This document shows positions 39,463-48,297 of a stretch of DNA of 48,297 nucleotides, piece by piece. The stretch covers positions 1 to 48,297 of the forward strand of contig JAHQWJ010000032.1 in assembly GCA_029856125.1 (NCBI GenBank). Direction: 5' to 3'. This stretch comes from Promethearchaeia archaeon. GTDB lineage: Archaea > Asgardarchaeota > Lokiarchaeia > Sigyniarchaeales > SOKP01. The translations under genes were made by a program, and so were the position numbers. The notes beneath the pieces are model-generated. The model was not told the DNA's origin and ran no database searches. It was given only the letters and a program-made list of their open reading frames with translations. The stretch's first letter is position 1, and every line of letters begins with the position of its first letter.

Positions 39463-41394
39463 TTATTGATTTTTACTAATTAATTCCGTTGTTGATTTCA
39501 TTATATATTGAAAATCAGCTTGAGGAATTTTATATAGTTTTTGAACAATAATTTCAACTTGATTCGCTAAGTTTTTTGCTTCTAAACTATTCTTTTGAAT
39601 AATTTGAAGAATTTTGAGAACTTTTTCATGGATATCTTTTGCTAATTCTTTTTCAACAATACTTTGTGGAACTTTAATTGGTAAATTTTTAAGTTTTTCA
39701 ATTAGAATTCTTGGAAAAAAGATTTTATAAGATCCAAACGATTTAAGAAAGTAGTATGAGAGTAAATGGGAGTTTATAAGGCCAAGAAGGTAATAGTGAC
39801 TAAATTCCAAAACTGGAGTTCTTATTATTTCAAGATTATAAATTGATTGAGATGTCCAAGCATTTTCATTATAAGTAGCACATATAAGATTTTCCTGACT
39901 TAATTGCCTAATTACGATTCGTTTTTTAAAAGTATCTTCGCCTTTGTAATTTATTCCTTCCATCCCAAGCCTAATATATTTAAATTCTTTTGCGGAATAC
40001 CTATTTGTTGAATATAAAAAATGTTGAAATTCCTCTTCTAATCCTTCTGGAATGCTTTCTAATATAATTTTATCTATAAAATTTTTATTTAAAGGAGATC
40101 CACAGGTTTTACAAACTAAATGTTTATTTGGAAGAGGTTGGTATATTTGACATGTCTCACAGTAAATAACATAACCTTTCTTGCCTATTTCTACGCCTCG
40201 TTTCAGCGATATACTGAATCGAGTGTCATTCATTAAATCTGATAGTTTTGGAAAATTCGAATTCAACTGATCTAAGATTTCTATGTCTCTTTGATTCAAA
40301 TTTATTAAAAACTCATAGTCCCAATGTTCAATGAGATTTTGAAGAATCTTATTATCCGGTTGAGATTGGTCTAATGGCAATTTTATTATAATTTGATTTT
40401 TTTTCCTTTTTATTTCATCTGATTCTTTTTCTAATGTTAGAATGATATTTGAAACAACAGGTGTATCGAATTGAGGTCCGCTATAATAAATTTCCATTAT
40501 CTTAGTTGAGTCATAAATATATTTTCTTAGAATTCTACGATTTGATAACGCGAGTAAAGAATCCGGGATAATATACCCAAGCAACCCGTTGTTTTTTAAT
40601 AATTTGATTCCTATTTCTGTAAAGATCTGATAATAATCATATTGGCCCTTGTTTGTCTCCAAGGGGAGTTTTTCAATGAAATTTCTACGTTCTTGCGGAA
40701 TGGCTCGAATGAATAAATATGGAGGGTTTCCGACTACATAGTCATATTTAGTATTATAATTAAGTTGGATCGCATCTTTGTTGAAAATATTAAATTTTGG
40801 CACTTCGTAATCCTTATTATTTTTTATAATAATTTTAATGAGTTTAAAGAGAGTAAAGTAAATGTTGATTTGGCACAAAACACAGGCAGTGGGATTTATG
40901 TCAATACCGTATATCTTATCTTTAACTTTATTTATAATTTGTTTCACCTGTTTGGGAAATAACTCTGAAGTTTCTTTTGAATTGGCAAGTTTTATTAATT
41001 TCTTTGCTAAAATATTAACTGCTCGAATTATAAAACTCCCTGAACCACAACTCAAATCTATTAATTTCTTATCTTGTATATCGTGCTGGTCTGTATATCC
41101 TACGCTTTTTAATATGTAATCTACTATTTGAATGGGAGTAAAAAATTCGCCCTTTATTTTTCTTTGGCTGTGAGGGACAGTTTTTTCGTAGTACTTTGCT
41201 ATAAAATCCAGATCATATTTTTGATCGTCCCTTTCTTTATTATGATAAATTTCTTTTGAATCAATCTTAGCTAAATGTTCGACCGTATTATGGATAAAAT
41301 CGTTTATTTTATTATCTTTTAAATTTAATCCATAATGAGTTATTAAGTTTGAAAGTATTCCCTTATCTTTTAGGAATTTTTGAAAATCGCTCAT
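39463..41394 (-). CDS. N6-adenine DNA methyltransferase (gamma class, Eco57I/TaqI-like) with TaqI-C-like region
   Basis: GEFFTP, DLSCGSGSF, YGIDI, VVGNPPY, IVIRQ, YLLGLINS, LKNLPIK. Confidence 0.9.
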   Translation of the reverse strand: MSDFQKFLKDKGILSNLITHYGLNLKDNKINDFIHNTVEHLAKIDSKEIYHNKERDDQKYDLDFIAKYYEKTVPHSQRKIKGEFFTPIQIVDYILKSVGYTDQHDIQDKKLIDLSCGSGSFIIRAVNILAKKLIKLANSKETSELFPKQVKQIINKVKDKIYGIDINPTACVLCQINIYFTLFKLIKIIIKNNKDYEVPKFNIFNKDAIQLNYNTKYDYVVGNPPYLFIRAIPQERRNFIEKLPLETNKGQYDYYQIFTEIGIKLLKNNGLLGYIIPDSLLALSNRRILRKYIYDSTKIMEIYYSGPQFDTPVVSNIILTLEKESDEIKRKKNQIIIKLPLDQSQPDNKILQNLIEHWDYEFLINLNQRDIEILDQLNSNFPKLSDLMNDTRFSISLKRGVEIGKKGYVIYCETCQIYQPLPNKHLVCKTCGSPLNKNFIDKIILESIPEGLEEEFQHFLYSTNRYSAKEFKYIRLGMEGINYKGEDTFKKRIVIRQLSQENLICATYNENAWTSQSIYNLEIIRTPVLEFSHYYLLGLINSHLLSYYFLKSFGSYKIFFPRILIEKLKNLPIKVPQSIVEKELAKDIHEKVLKILQIIQKNSLEAKNLANQVEIIVQKLYKIPQADFQYIMKSTTELISKNQ

Positions 41395-41661
41395 AAAGTT
41401 CGGTATTAGATATTATAAATCAAATTATTTTTTATCAAATTATATTTCTAATTAACCAGAATAAAGTTTTATATTTAATTACAAGTTCTTCAAGAATATG
41501 GAAATCAACAGAGAAGAATTAATTGATCCTTTTTATATTGCTTATCATGTAAAACTTCTTATAACTTGCTAGACCAATATATTCTTATATAATACTTTAG
41601 TCAATCTATTTTCACAAAAAAAGTAAACGAAATTCTTTACTAAAGATTTCTAATAGAATAG

Positions 41662-42762
41662 ATGATTGCGACCATATTTATTAGTACTTTTGTTATAATC
41701 TTCGTATTTGTTACATTTTATGTATTATTAAATAGAGGGAAATATGAAACTGAAGCAAGATTTCTTGTTATACTTATTATATACTTCATAAACGAAATCA
41801 CCTACTTTATTTCGTTTAATTTATCAGCAGAAAATTTTTTCAATATCCCCTTAGCATTGGTAATTTGGTATATTTCAATTATTACAAGAAATTTTTCAGT
41901 AGGCATGTTTGCTTCAATTCATAACCTCGAGTTAAATAAAGATAGTAAAGTAAGATTTTTACCCGCTCTGATTTATATTTTTATAGGAGGAATTTTTTTG
42001 AGTTTACTCTTCGTTCCCGATTCTTTTACAGTTATTCAGAAAGATTTTGAATATTTTTACTTCTTTAATAACATTGGATTACTAACCTCAATCATCCTAT
42101 TCCATTTTTGTATTATATTGTTTTCTTGGATTATACAAATAAAAGGATATCATAATTTTGCTGACAAAAAATTAGGTAAATTTTATTCTCTCTTTATGCT
42201 TCTTTTTAGCTTAAACATTTTTCTTTACAGTTTATATCTTATTACCCTATATATCTACTTTAAATTACTTCATTCGATAGTGTATCTTATTACTATTGGA
42301 TATTTTGTCTTTGTTATCATTAAAAAACCTAATCTATTTGCGGTTTTTACAAATAAGATATATGATTTAATTATTTTCCATCAATCAGGGATTTTACTTT
42401 ATTCTTTTAACTTTCAAACAAGAGAAGAAGTTGATGAGAGTCTATTAAAAGGAAGTATTCTTATTGGAATAAGTCATATTTTGGCTAACCTCTCTAATGT
42501 AGAAGCTCAAGTAACTCATATAAAAATGAAAGATCGCGCTGTAGTTTTTAATTTTAATAGACAATTAGGATACGCTGCCTTATTAATCGCAAAACATAGA
42601 AATAAAATTCTGGAATCTGCTGTAGAGAAATTTATGCAAGACTTTTCCAAAACTAATGAAGAAAACTTACAAAACTTAAACCGTTTAATTGATGTTTCTA
42701 AGTTTAAAAATGCTCATAAACTTGTCATTAAAAACTTTAGCCACTATTTAACAGAGGCTTAA
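41662..42762 (+). CDS. Multi-pass (~7 TM) membrane protein with C-terminal longin-like domain
   Basis: About 7 hydrophobic segments, then IYDLIIFHQSGILLYSFNF...ILIGISHIL...GYAALLI...F..DF. Confidence 0.7.
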   Translation: MIATIFISTFVIIFVFVTFYVLLNRGKYETEARFLVILIIYFINEITYFISFNLSAENFFNIPLALVIWYISIITRNFSVGMFASIHNLELNKDSKVRFLPALIYIFIGGIFLSLLFVPDSFTVIQKDFEYFYFFNNIGLLTSIILFHFCIILFSWIIQIKGYHNFADKKLGKFYSLFMLLFSLNIFLYSLYLITLYIYFKLLHSIVYLITIGYFVFVIIKKPNLFAVFTNKIYDLIIFHQSGILLYSFNFQTREEVDESLLKGSILIGISHILANLSNVEAQVTHIKMKDRAVVFNFNRQLGYAALLIAKHRNKILESAVEKFMQDFSKTNEENLQNLNRLIDVSKFKNAHKLVIKNFSHYLTEA

Positions 42763-43021
42763 ATATTCTAACTAAGATATAGCAGAGTAGAATAAATATA
42801 TCGGAATAGTACTTTGAACGTGTAAAAAGACTGTTTTATCATTGAAATATTTACTATTCTTTTTTTCTTTTCTTTGAATGGTTCTTGAGTAATTCTTAAA
42901 AATGAATGTTTCTTCTTTATTTAAATAGGTATATTATTATTCTATGCCTCTTCAAAATCTCACAGATTTTCGCATTTCAATAAGTTAATAGGATAGGAAT
43001 ATATTTTTTACACTTTATAAT

Positions 43022-44167
43022 ATGAATTACACAATCTCAACTTCTTTAATAATTGGTTATATCCTCATCTTAATCTTAAGTACTTATACTATAATTCATA
43101 TTTTTCGACATCGTAAAAAATATGGCACAGAGTTAATCGCATTCTTAAATGTCGCAAATATAATTATAGCAGGAATTTTATACTCAACACTTTTTATGTT
43201 TTCAGTAGTGATTTTTATATCTTACGACATCAATATCTTACTGTGGAAATTATCATTAGTTTTTGTTTTTGTTATCAGATTAGTTATTTCCATAATTTTC
43301 TCTTTTTTCAATGAATACAAAAAAATTAAAATTTTTCCCTTCCTTTATTTTACGCTTCTTTTTGGGCTATTAGTTGGCGCTTTGGGGACTCCTGATTCAA
43401 TAACATTATCATTAACTGGTCCACCACCCGTGTTTTCACTAATGAATCCTTCGAACGTAAATTTCAAATTTAATTTAGTCACCAGTATTGTAGCGATTCT
43501 ATTCGAATTGTTTCTTACGATTTATTTTCTCTATAGCGCGGCCATAATTCACAACAAAACAAAACATAAAGAGGAAAGCTCACCGCTTTTGTTAAATACA
43601 CTGGTTTTTTCTATTTCCATGATGATGCTGGTGCTTTACATAACGCTTCAAGAAACTCTTTATAGAGAATTGTATATTATAATATCGTGGATATCATCAT
43701 TTGCTCTTGATATTATGCTTATTAGGAAACCAGAGATGTTTTTCATTTTACCAAACAGAATTTATTCAGTAAATATATATCATAAATCTGGGATCGTGCT
43801 TTATTCATATAGTTTCGATAATACAACTGATAACAAAATCGAATCAGCAAGATGGGGCACCATTCTTATAGGCTTAAACCATATACTTAGTGAGTTCATA
43901 GATAAGACTGATAAAATCGATGTGATCCAAACAAAGAAAACAGATATTGTTGTTAGGTATGAAAACGATTACGGGTATGCTTTAGTGGTTATTACTAATC
44001 AAAAAAATGATATTGTTGAAGATCTTATGTTAGGTTTCTCAAACGACTTCAATAGTAAATACAAAAATAAACTATTAGATATCCAAGATTTAAACCGTTT
44101 AATCAATATTTCTGAATTTATCGATATAAAAGAATTAATCGAAAAACATTTTCGACTGTATACTTAA
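43022..44167 (+). CDS. Multi-pass (~7 TM) membrane protein with C-terminal longin-like domain; paralog of 41662-42762
   Basis: About 7 hydrophobic segments, then IYSVNIYHKSGIVLYSYSF...ILIGLNHIL...GYALVVI...LNRLINISEF. Confidence 0.7.
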   Translation: MNYTISTSLIIGYILILILSTYTIIHIFRHRKKYGTELIAFLNVANIIIAGILYSTLFMFSVVIFISYDINILLWKLSLVFVFVIRLVISIIFSFFNEYKKIKIFPFLYFTLLFGLLVGALGTPDSITLSLTGPPPVFSLMNPSNVNFKFNLVTSIVAILFELFLTIYFLYSAAIIHNKTKHKEESSPLLLNTLVFSISMMMLVLYITLQETLYRELYIIISWISSFALDIMLIRKPEMFFILPNRIYSVNIYHKSGIVLYSYSFDNTTDNKIESARWGTILIGLNHILSEFIDKTDKIDVIQTKKTDIVVRYENDYGYALVVITNQKNDIVEDLMLGFSNDFNSKYKNKLLDIQDLNRLINISEFIDIKELIEKHFRLYT

Positions 44168-44282
44168 TCAATATTACTATTTAAATTACTAAATCCGAGA
44201 TATCTAAACATTTTTATATCTAAGTTCTTATTGAATTGATAAAGAAACCATAATAATAATAAAAAATTTATTAGCTCCTAAA

Positions 44283-44495
44283 ATGAATCAATTAGAACTA
44301 CAAGATAAGGATTGGGAAAGAGATTGGAAAACTATCGTAAATATTTTTGATACTATTGAACACCTAGAACATTTATTTGAGGATTTAGATGTGCCGTATT
44401 TAAGAGAGATTCAACAAAAAGTGTTACTCTTAAATCTTGAAAAATATACGTGGTCTTTACAAAACTACATCGTAGAGAAATATTCTCGAGCGTAA
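44283..44495 (+). CDS. Small hypothetical helical protein (70 aa)
   Basis: ATG-started intergenic ORF with protein-like composition. Confidence 0.6.
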   Translation: MNQLELQDKDWERDWKTIVNIFDTIEHLEHLFEDLDVPYLREIQQKVLLLNLEKYTWSLQNYIVEKYSRA

Positions 44496-44620
44496 TTCTT
44501 TAACCATTTTGAGTTTTACCGATCAAGAAATAACTCTTTTTAGTCAGTAATATAATCAATTTAAAATAGTACTGAAAATTAGATTCACTATTAATTTTAT
44601 TTTAAAAAAAGTTGTTTCAT

Positions 44621-45997
44621 ATGAGTACAGAATTTGGTACAGGTCAAAAATGGAGTTTTGGAATGGGTTCTTTTGCCCAGTGGTTCATAAACAGCGCATT
44701 CAATATCTGGGTTTTTACATACTATTTCACCGTGATTGGTTTAGATGTTAGGTGGTATATGCTTGCGGCAGTATTATGGACGATTTGGAATGCTTTTAAT
44801 GATCCATTAATTGGATATCTTTCAGATCGAGCAAATACTAGATGGGGTCGTAGAAAACCATTTATAATGTTAGGTACAATTCCGATTCTTATACTATATA
44901 TAATAATTTGGTTACCCCCACTACCAGCTGGAGGTAATGAGATTTTCACTTTTCTATATCTCCTCTTAATGCTAATACTATACGATACATTTTATACTAT
45001 GGTTGCTCTCCCGTACGATAGTTTGTTCCCAGAATTATATACGAGTGTCAAGGAAAGATCTCAAGTTAATACTATTAGACAAGTTCTATCAGTTGTAGGA
45101 TTACTTGCCGCAGCATTGGTACCTGGAATAGTTGTGGCAGGTGAATTAGCTCCATTAGAGGAACAAATGTCTTCTTATTTATTAAATGGTATTATAACAG
45201 CAGTAATAATCGGGATTTCATTGCTAATATCACTGAAATGGGGTGTAAAAGAACGTAAGGAATTTAAGCTAGACTATCAGCAACAACCTAAGTTCTTTGA
45301 AAGCCTTAAATACTCAATGAAAAATAAGGGATTTGTGCTTTATACCATCATGTTTTTCCTTTATGAATATGTGCTACTGCTACTTGCAACAATAGTTCAA
45401 ATTTTTGGTAGAGAACTCTTAGATGCTTCCCCGTTCGAAACCTCTATAATAATGGGGATTATGTATATAGTCGGTTTAGCTTCTGTTGCATTATGGAGAT
45501 GGTTAGATGTTAAAATTGGGAGCAAGAAAGGATATGCAATTGCAATAGTCGCATATTTCTTTGCCTCCTTACCTCTCATGTTTGTAGATGTTTATCTGAT
45601 TGCAGTAGTAATAGCAGTATTTATGGGAATTGGATTTGGAGGAATGCTTTATTTTATCTACCTAATTATTGCTGATGTAATTGACGAAGATGAATTAAAA
45701 ACAGGTGTTAGACGAGAAGGTGCTTTCTTTGGAATAACCAATTTTTTCATGCGCCTTTCAATGATTCTCTCTATAGTCACAATTGGTATCGTCTTTGTTC
45801 AAACTGGATGGGAAATATACGATCCCCTTGTTGATGTAACTTTTGGCCTTAGATTATTATTTATAGTTATACCTGGAATTGCTTTAGGAATCTCTCTAAT
45901 ATGTTTGTATTTCTTTCCATATTCAAAATCGTATGTGCAAGAAATGAAAGAAAAACTTACAGAATTACACGAAAGTAAAATGGGTAAAGTAGAATAA
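44621..45997 (+). CDS. MFS transporter, glycoside-pentoside-hexuronide (MFS_2) family
   Basis: WNAFNDPLIGYLSD...TRWGRRKPF, IADVIDEDELKTGVRREGAFFG; ~12 TM. ATG 44621 preferred over TTG 44612. Confidence 0.9.
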   Translation: MSTEFGTGQKWSFGMGSFAQWFINSAFNIWVFTYYFTVIGLDVRWYMLAAVLWTIWNAFNDPLIGYLSDRANTRWGRRKPFIMLGTIPILILYIIIWLPPLPAGGNEIFTFLYLLLMLILYDTFYTMVALPYDSLFPELYTSVKERSQVNTIRQVLSVVGLLAAALVPGIVVAGELAPLEEQMSSYLLNGIITAVIIGISLLISLKWGVKERKEFKLDYQQQPKFFESLKYSMKNKGFVLYTIMFFLYEYVLLLLATIVQIFGRELLDASPFETSIIMGIMYIVGLASVALWRWLDVKIGSKKGYAIAIVAYFFASLPLMFVDVYLIAVVIAVFMGIGFGGMLYFIYLIIADVIDEDELKTGVRREGAFFGITNFFMRLSMILSIVTIGIVFVQTGWEIYDPLVDVTFGLRLLFIVIPGIALGISLICLYFFPYSKSYVQEMKEKLTELHESKMGKVE

Positions 45998-46023
45998 AAT
46001 ATTTTTAAAAAATTTCTTTTTTT

Positions 46024-47307
46024 TTATATTTGTTGTAACGCTCGTTCTAAATCTTTAATGATGTCATCTGGGTGTTCTAAACCTATTGAAAATCTGAAAT
46101 GTGTATCTGACATATTCATTCTACGCTTTTCCCAAGAAGCAAGATCAATTCCCGTCATTACTGATGTGTATTCGATTAATGAGGTAGTATCTCCCAGAGA
46201 AACCCCAACCTTAATTAGTTTCAGAAGATCTATGAATTTATAGCATTCCTCGATTGTTCCTAATTCAAAACCAATCATACCTCCGAATCCTTTCATCTGC
46301 TTTTTAGCTAATGAATGATTTGGATGCGATTCTAAGCCGGGATAAATTACTTTTGCTACTTTTGGGTGTGACTCTAAAAATTGTGCAACTTTCATTGCGT
46401 TTGAACAGTGGCGATCCATCCTTAAACTAAGCGTTCTACAACCCCTCAAAATAAGCCAGGCACTAAAGGGATTCATCACGGCTCCTTGCGTTTCTAACCA
46501 AAAATATCTAATGTTTTGCAATTCTATTTTTGGACCAATAATTACACCTCCTAAAGTATCGCCATGTCCATTGACATATTTCGTTAAACTTTCTACTACT
46601 AAATCAGCTCCTAAATTCAGTGGCTTCGTTAGCGCTGGAGATGCAAATGTATTATCAACGATACATTTTCCATTTACTTCGTGAATTAAATCCGCGCATC
46701 CTTGAATGTCTAATACGTCTAAATTTGGATTAGATGGTGTTTCTACAAAAACCAATTTTGTGTTTTCATCAATTGCGTTTTTTAAATCTGACAGATTTCT
46801 TAGATCAACGATTTTAGTCATTACTCCGATTTGAGAATAGATTTTTGTTAACAATCGATACACCCCTGTGTATTGATTATTGTGTATAATAACGTTTGGA
46901 ATATAATCGGGATTGGTTTGAGGTAGTAACGCTTTTAATTTTTTTGGTCTTGCTCTATCTACGCGTTGCTGTAATACACTCGAGCACGCGAGGTGTACTG
47001 CAGCCATGCCAGAAGCTACAGAAACAGCTGATTCACCACCGTGAAGCGTGGCAAGCTTCTGATCTAAAGCATATAATGTTGGATTTTCTGTTCTCGAGTA
47101 AAAATAGTGGTTTTTTAATAATTCTGCTAAAGAAGAATAAGCATATGATTTTGTTGCGTATATAGGGATTCTCAAGCTTTCAGATGTTGTAGGGTAAGGG
47201 TCTTCACCAGCTCTTCCTTGTTGCGAATCAAAATGTAATTTATCCCATTTTTCTCGTAGTTCTTTATTTTTTTCATCCATTGTTTTCTGATCGTTTTTGT
47301 CTGTCAT
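46024..47307 (-). CDS. Cys/Met metabolism PLP-dependent enzyme (methionine gamma-lyase/cystathionine gamma-synthase family)
   Basis: YSRTENPT, ASGMAA, ETPSNP, VDNTFASP, ESLTKYVNGHGD, VSLG, RFSIGLE. Confidence 0.92.
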   Translation of the reverse strand: MTDKNDQKTMDEKNKELREKWDKLHFDSQQGRAGEDPYPTTSESLRIPIYATKSYAYSSLAELLKNHYFYSRTENPTLYALDQKLATLHGGESAVSVASGMAAVHLACSSVLQQRVDRARPKKLKALLPQTNPDYIPNVIIHNNQYTGVYRLLTKIYSQIGVMTKIVDLRNLSDLKNAIDENTKLVFVETPSNPNLDVLDIQGCADLIHEVNGKCIVDNTFASPALTKPLNLGADLVVESLTKYVNGHGDTLGGVIIGPKIELQNIRYFWLETQGAVMNPFSAWLILRGCRTLSLRMDRHCSNAMKVAQFLESHPKVAKVIYPGLESHPNHSLAKKQMKGFGGMIGFELGTIEECYKFIDLLKLIKVGVSLGDTTSLIEYTSVMTGIDLASWEKRRMNMSDTHFRFSIGLEHPDDIIKDLERALQQI

Positions 47308-47414
47308 TATTCATTCCTCAAATATATTTATTGTTTTTGAAGCATTTATGAAAAACTTTTTTTCTAAATGATTATAATATAATACAAAAATATAATTTAC
47401 CTGTTGCAAAGAAA

Positions 47415-48065
47415 GTGTCAATTAAAGATAAAATAAAACAACTCGTTGTTGAATGGGAAACAGAGGAATTAAAAGAATATTGTCAATCAATCCTAAAAAA
47501 CAACGAAGCAACGGCTTCTAGTTTGTTGAAAATCATAGGAGATATTATGAAATTTGTAGGAGATCAATTTGAACAAGAAGAAATTTTTCTTCCAGAACTC
47601 ATTGGCTCTGCTGAAACTGTAAAAGTAACAATAAATGACGTTTTAGATCCTGCGATTAGGGCTGCTGGAGAGGAAAAGGAGACGATGGGAAAGGTTGTTA
47701 TAGGAACGGTAGAAAGTGATGTACATAGCATTGGAAAGGATTTAGTAGGTTCATTTTTATTTTCGAATGGATTTGAAGTGTTTAACATAGGTGTCGAGGT
47801 AACAGCTGATCAGTTTATATCGAAAGCAGAAGAAGTAGGTGCAGATATTATCGGGTTATCATCTCTTTTAACAATGTCGATGGACTTTCAGAAACAGGTT
47901 ATAGATGAGCTTAAGGAGAGAGGATTAAGAGATAAATATAAAGTAATCGTTGGTGGATCTCCTACGTCAGAAGATTGGGCTGCTCAAATTGACGCTGATG
48001 GGTGGGCTGATGATGCGATTGAAACGATTACTTTAGTAAAGAAATTGTTAAATATTTCAGAATAA
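47415..48065 (+). CDS. Corrinoid (B12-binding) methyltransferase protein
   Basis: FLPEL cap domain, GTVESDVHSIGK (DxHxxG), LSSLLT, VGG. Confidence 0.92.
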   Translation: MSIKDKIKQLVVEWETEELKEYCQSILKNNEATASSLLKIIGDIMKFVGDQFEQEEIFLPELIGSAETVKVTINDVLDPAIRAAGEEKETMGKVVIGTVESDVHSIGKDLVGSFLFSNGFEVFNIGVEVTADQFISKAEEVGADIIGLSSLLTMSMDFQKQVIDELKERGLRDKYKVIVGGSPTSEDWAAQIDADGWADDAIETITLVKKLLNISE

Positions 48066-48095
48066 TCTGAGAATAATCTGAGAGAAGAGAATACT

Positions 48096-48297
48096 ATGAA
48101 GTTAAAAAAGTTGGAAGTTCTTTCTAAAGAAGAAATTGAGATAATTACTAGTTCAGCTCTAAGAATCCTTGAAACAATCGGTATTAAAATAGATGATGAA
48201 AAAACTCGTAAGATATGTGAAGAAAAAGGAGCCAATCTTGATGGGAAATCATCTTTTGTAAAGTTTCCCGAGAATATTACCAAAGACTTGCTAAAAT
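48096..48297 (+). CDS. Trimethylamine methyltransferase (MttB) family protein, N-terminal fragment
   Basis: MKLKKLEVLSKEEIEIITSSALRILETIGIKI...GA...VKFP matches the typical MttB-family N-terminus; follows the corrinoid gene and runs off the window. Confidence 0.75.
   Translation, partial: MKLKKLEVLSKEEIEIITSSALRILETIGIKIDDEKTRKICEEKGANLDGKSSFVKFPENITKDLLK

Noticed and set aside
48059-48083. 11-bp tandem repeat AGAATAATCTG x2
   Set aside because: Only two copies at a gene junction; probably slippage, and not a CRISPR array.
1663-48283. Short (60-99 aa) ORFs overlapping larger genes, e.g. 1663-1878, 6934-7389, 20963-21806, 31144-32577, 47984-48283
   Set aside because: Antisense or alternate-frame shadows of well-supported genes, with no recognisable motifs.
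1-48297. tRNA, rRNA, CRISPR arrays, transposases or integrases
   Set aside because: None recognised by eye; intergenic regions are short and AT-rich. A covariance-model scan was not possible.

Overview
AT-rich archaeal DNA, most likely from an Asgard archaeon of Lokiarchaeia type. This is inferred from roadblock proteins, longin-like domains, a roadblock-Rab GTPase fusion and archaeal lipid genes. The window holds two tandem giant surface glycoprotein genes, several eukaryotic-signature-like genes and a GCS2-ligase/amidohydrolase gene run. A ~13 kb isoprenoid supercluster encodes the archaeal modified mevalonate pathway from HMG-CoA synthase onward, plus UppS, GGPP synthase, a geranylgeranyl reductase and UbiX. 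Also present are a GH38 mannosidase, a SelB-like protein, two orphan DNA methyltransferases, two multi-TM/longin proteins, an MFS transporter, a Cys/Met PLP lyase and the start of a corrinoid/MttB methyltransferase locus. Three signals are missed by the ORF track. (1) uppS is split inside its catalytic DGNRRW motif by a 30-nt stop-containing insert with bulge-helix-bulge geometry; removing it restores the motif exactly, so it is a candidate mRNA intron. (2) The hypothetical gene at 37029-37895 has an in-frame upstream UGA, a strong SD and a eukaryote-like SECIS directly after its stop, making it a candidate selenoprotein I cannot assign to a known family. (3) Several genes appear to start at non-canonical ATH codons, one of which hides an RHH-HisKA-REC regulator.
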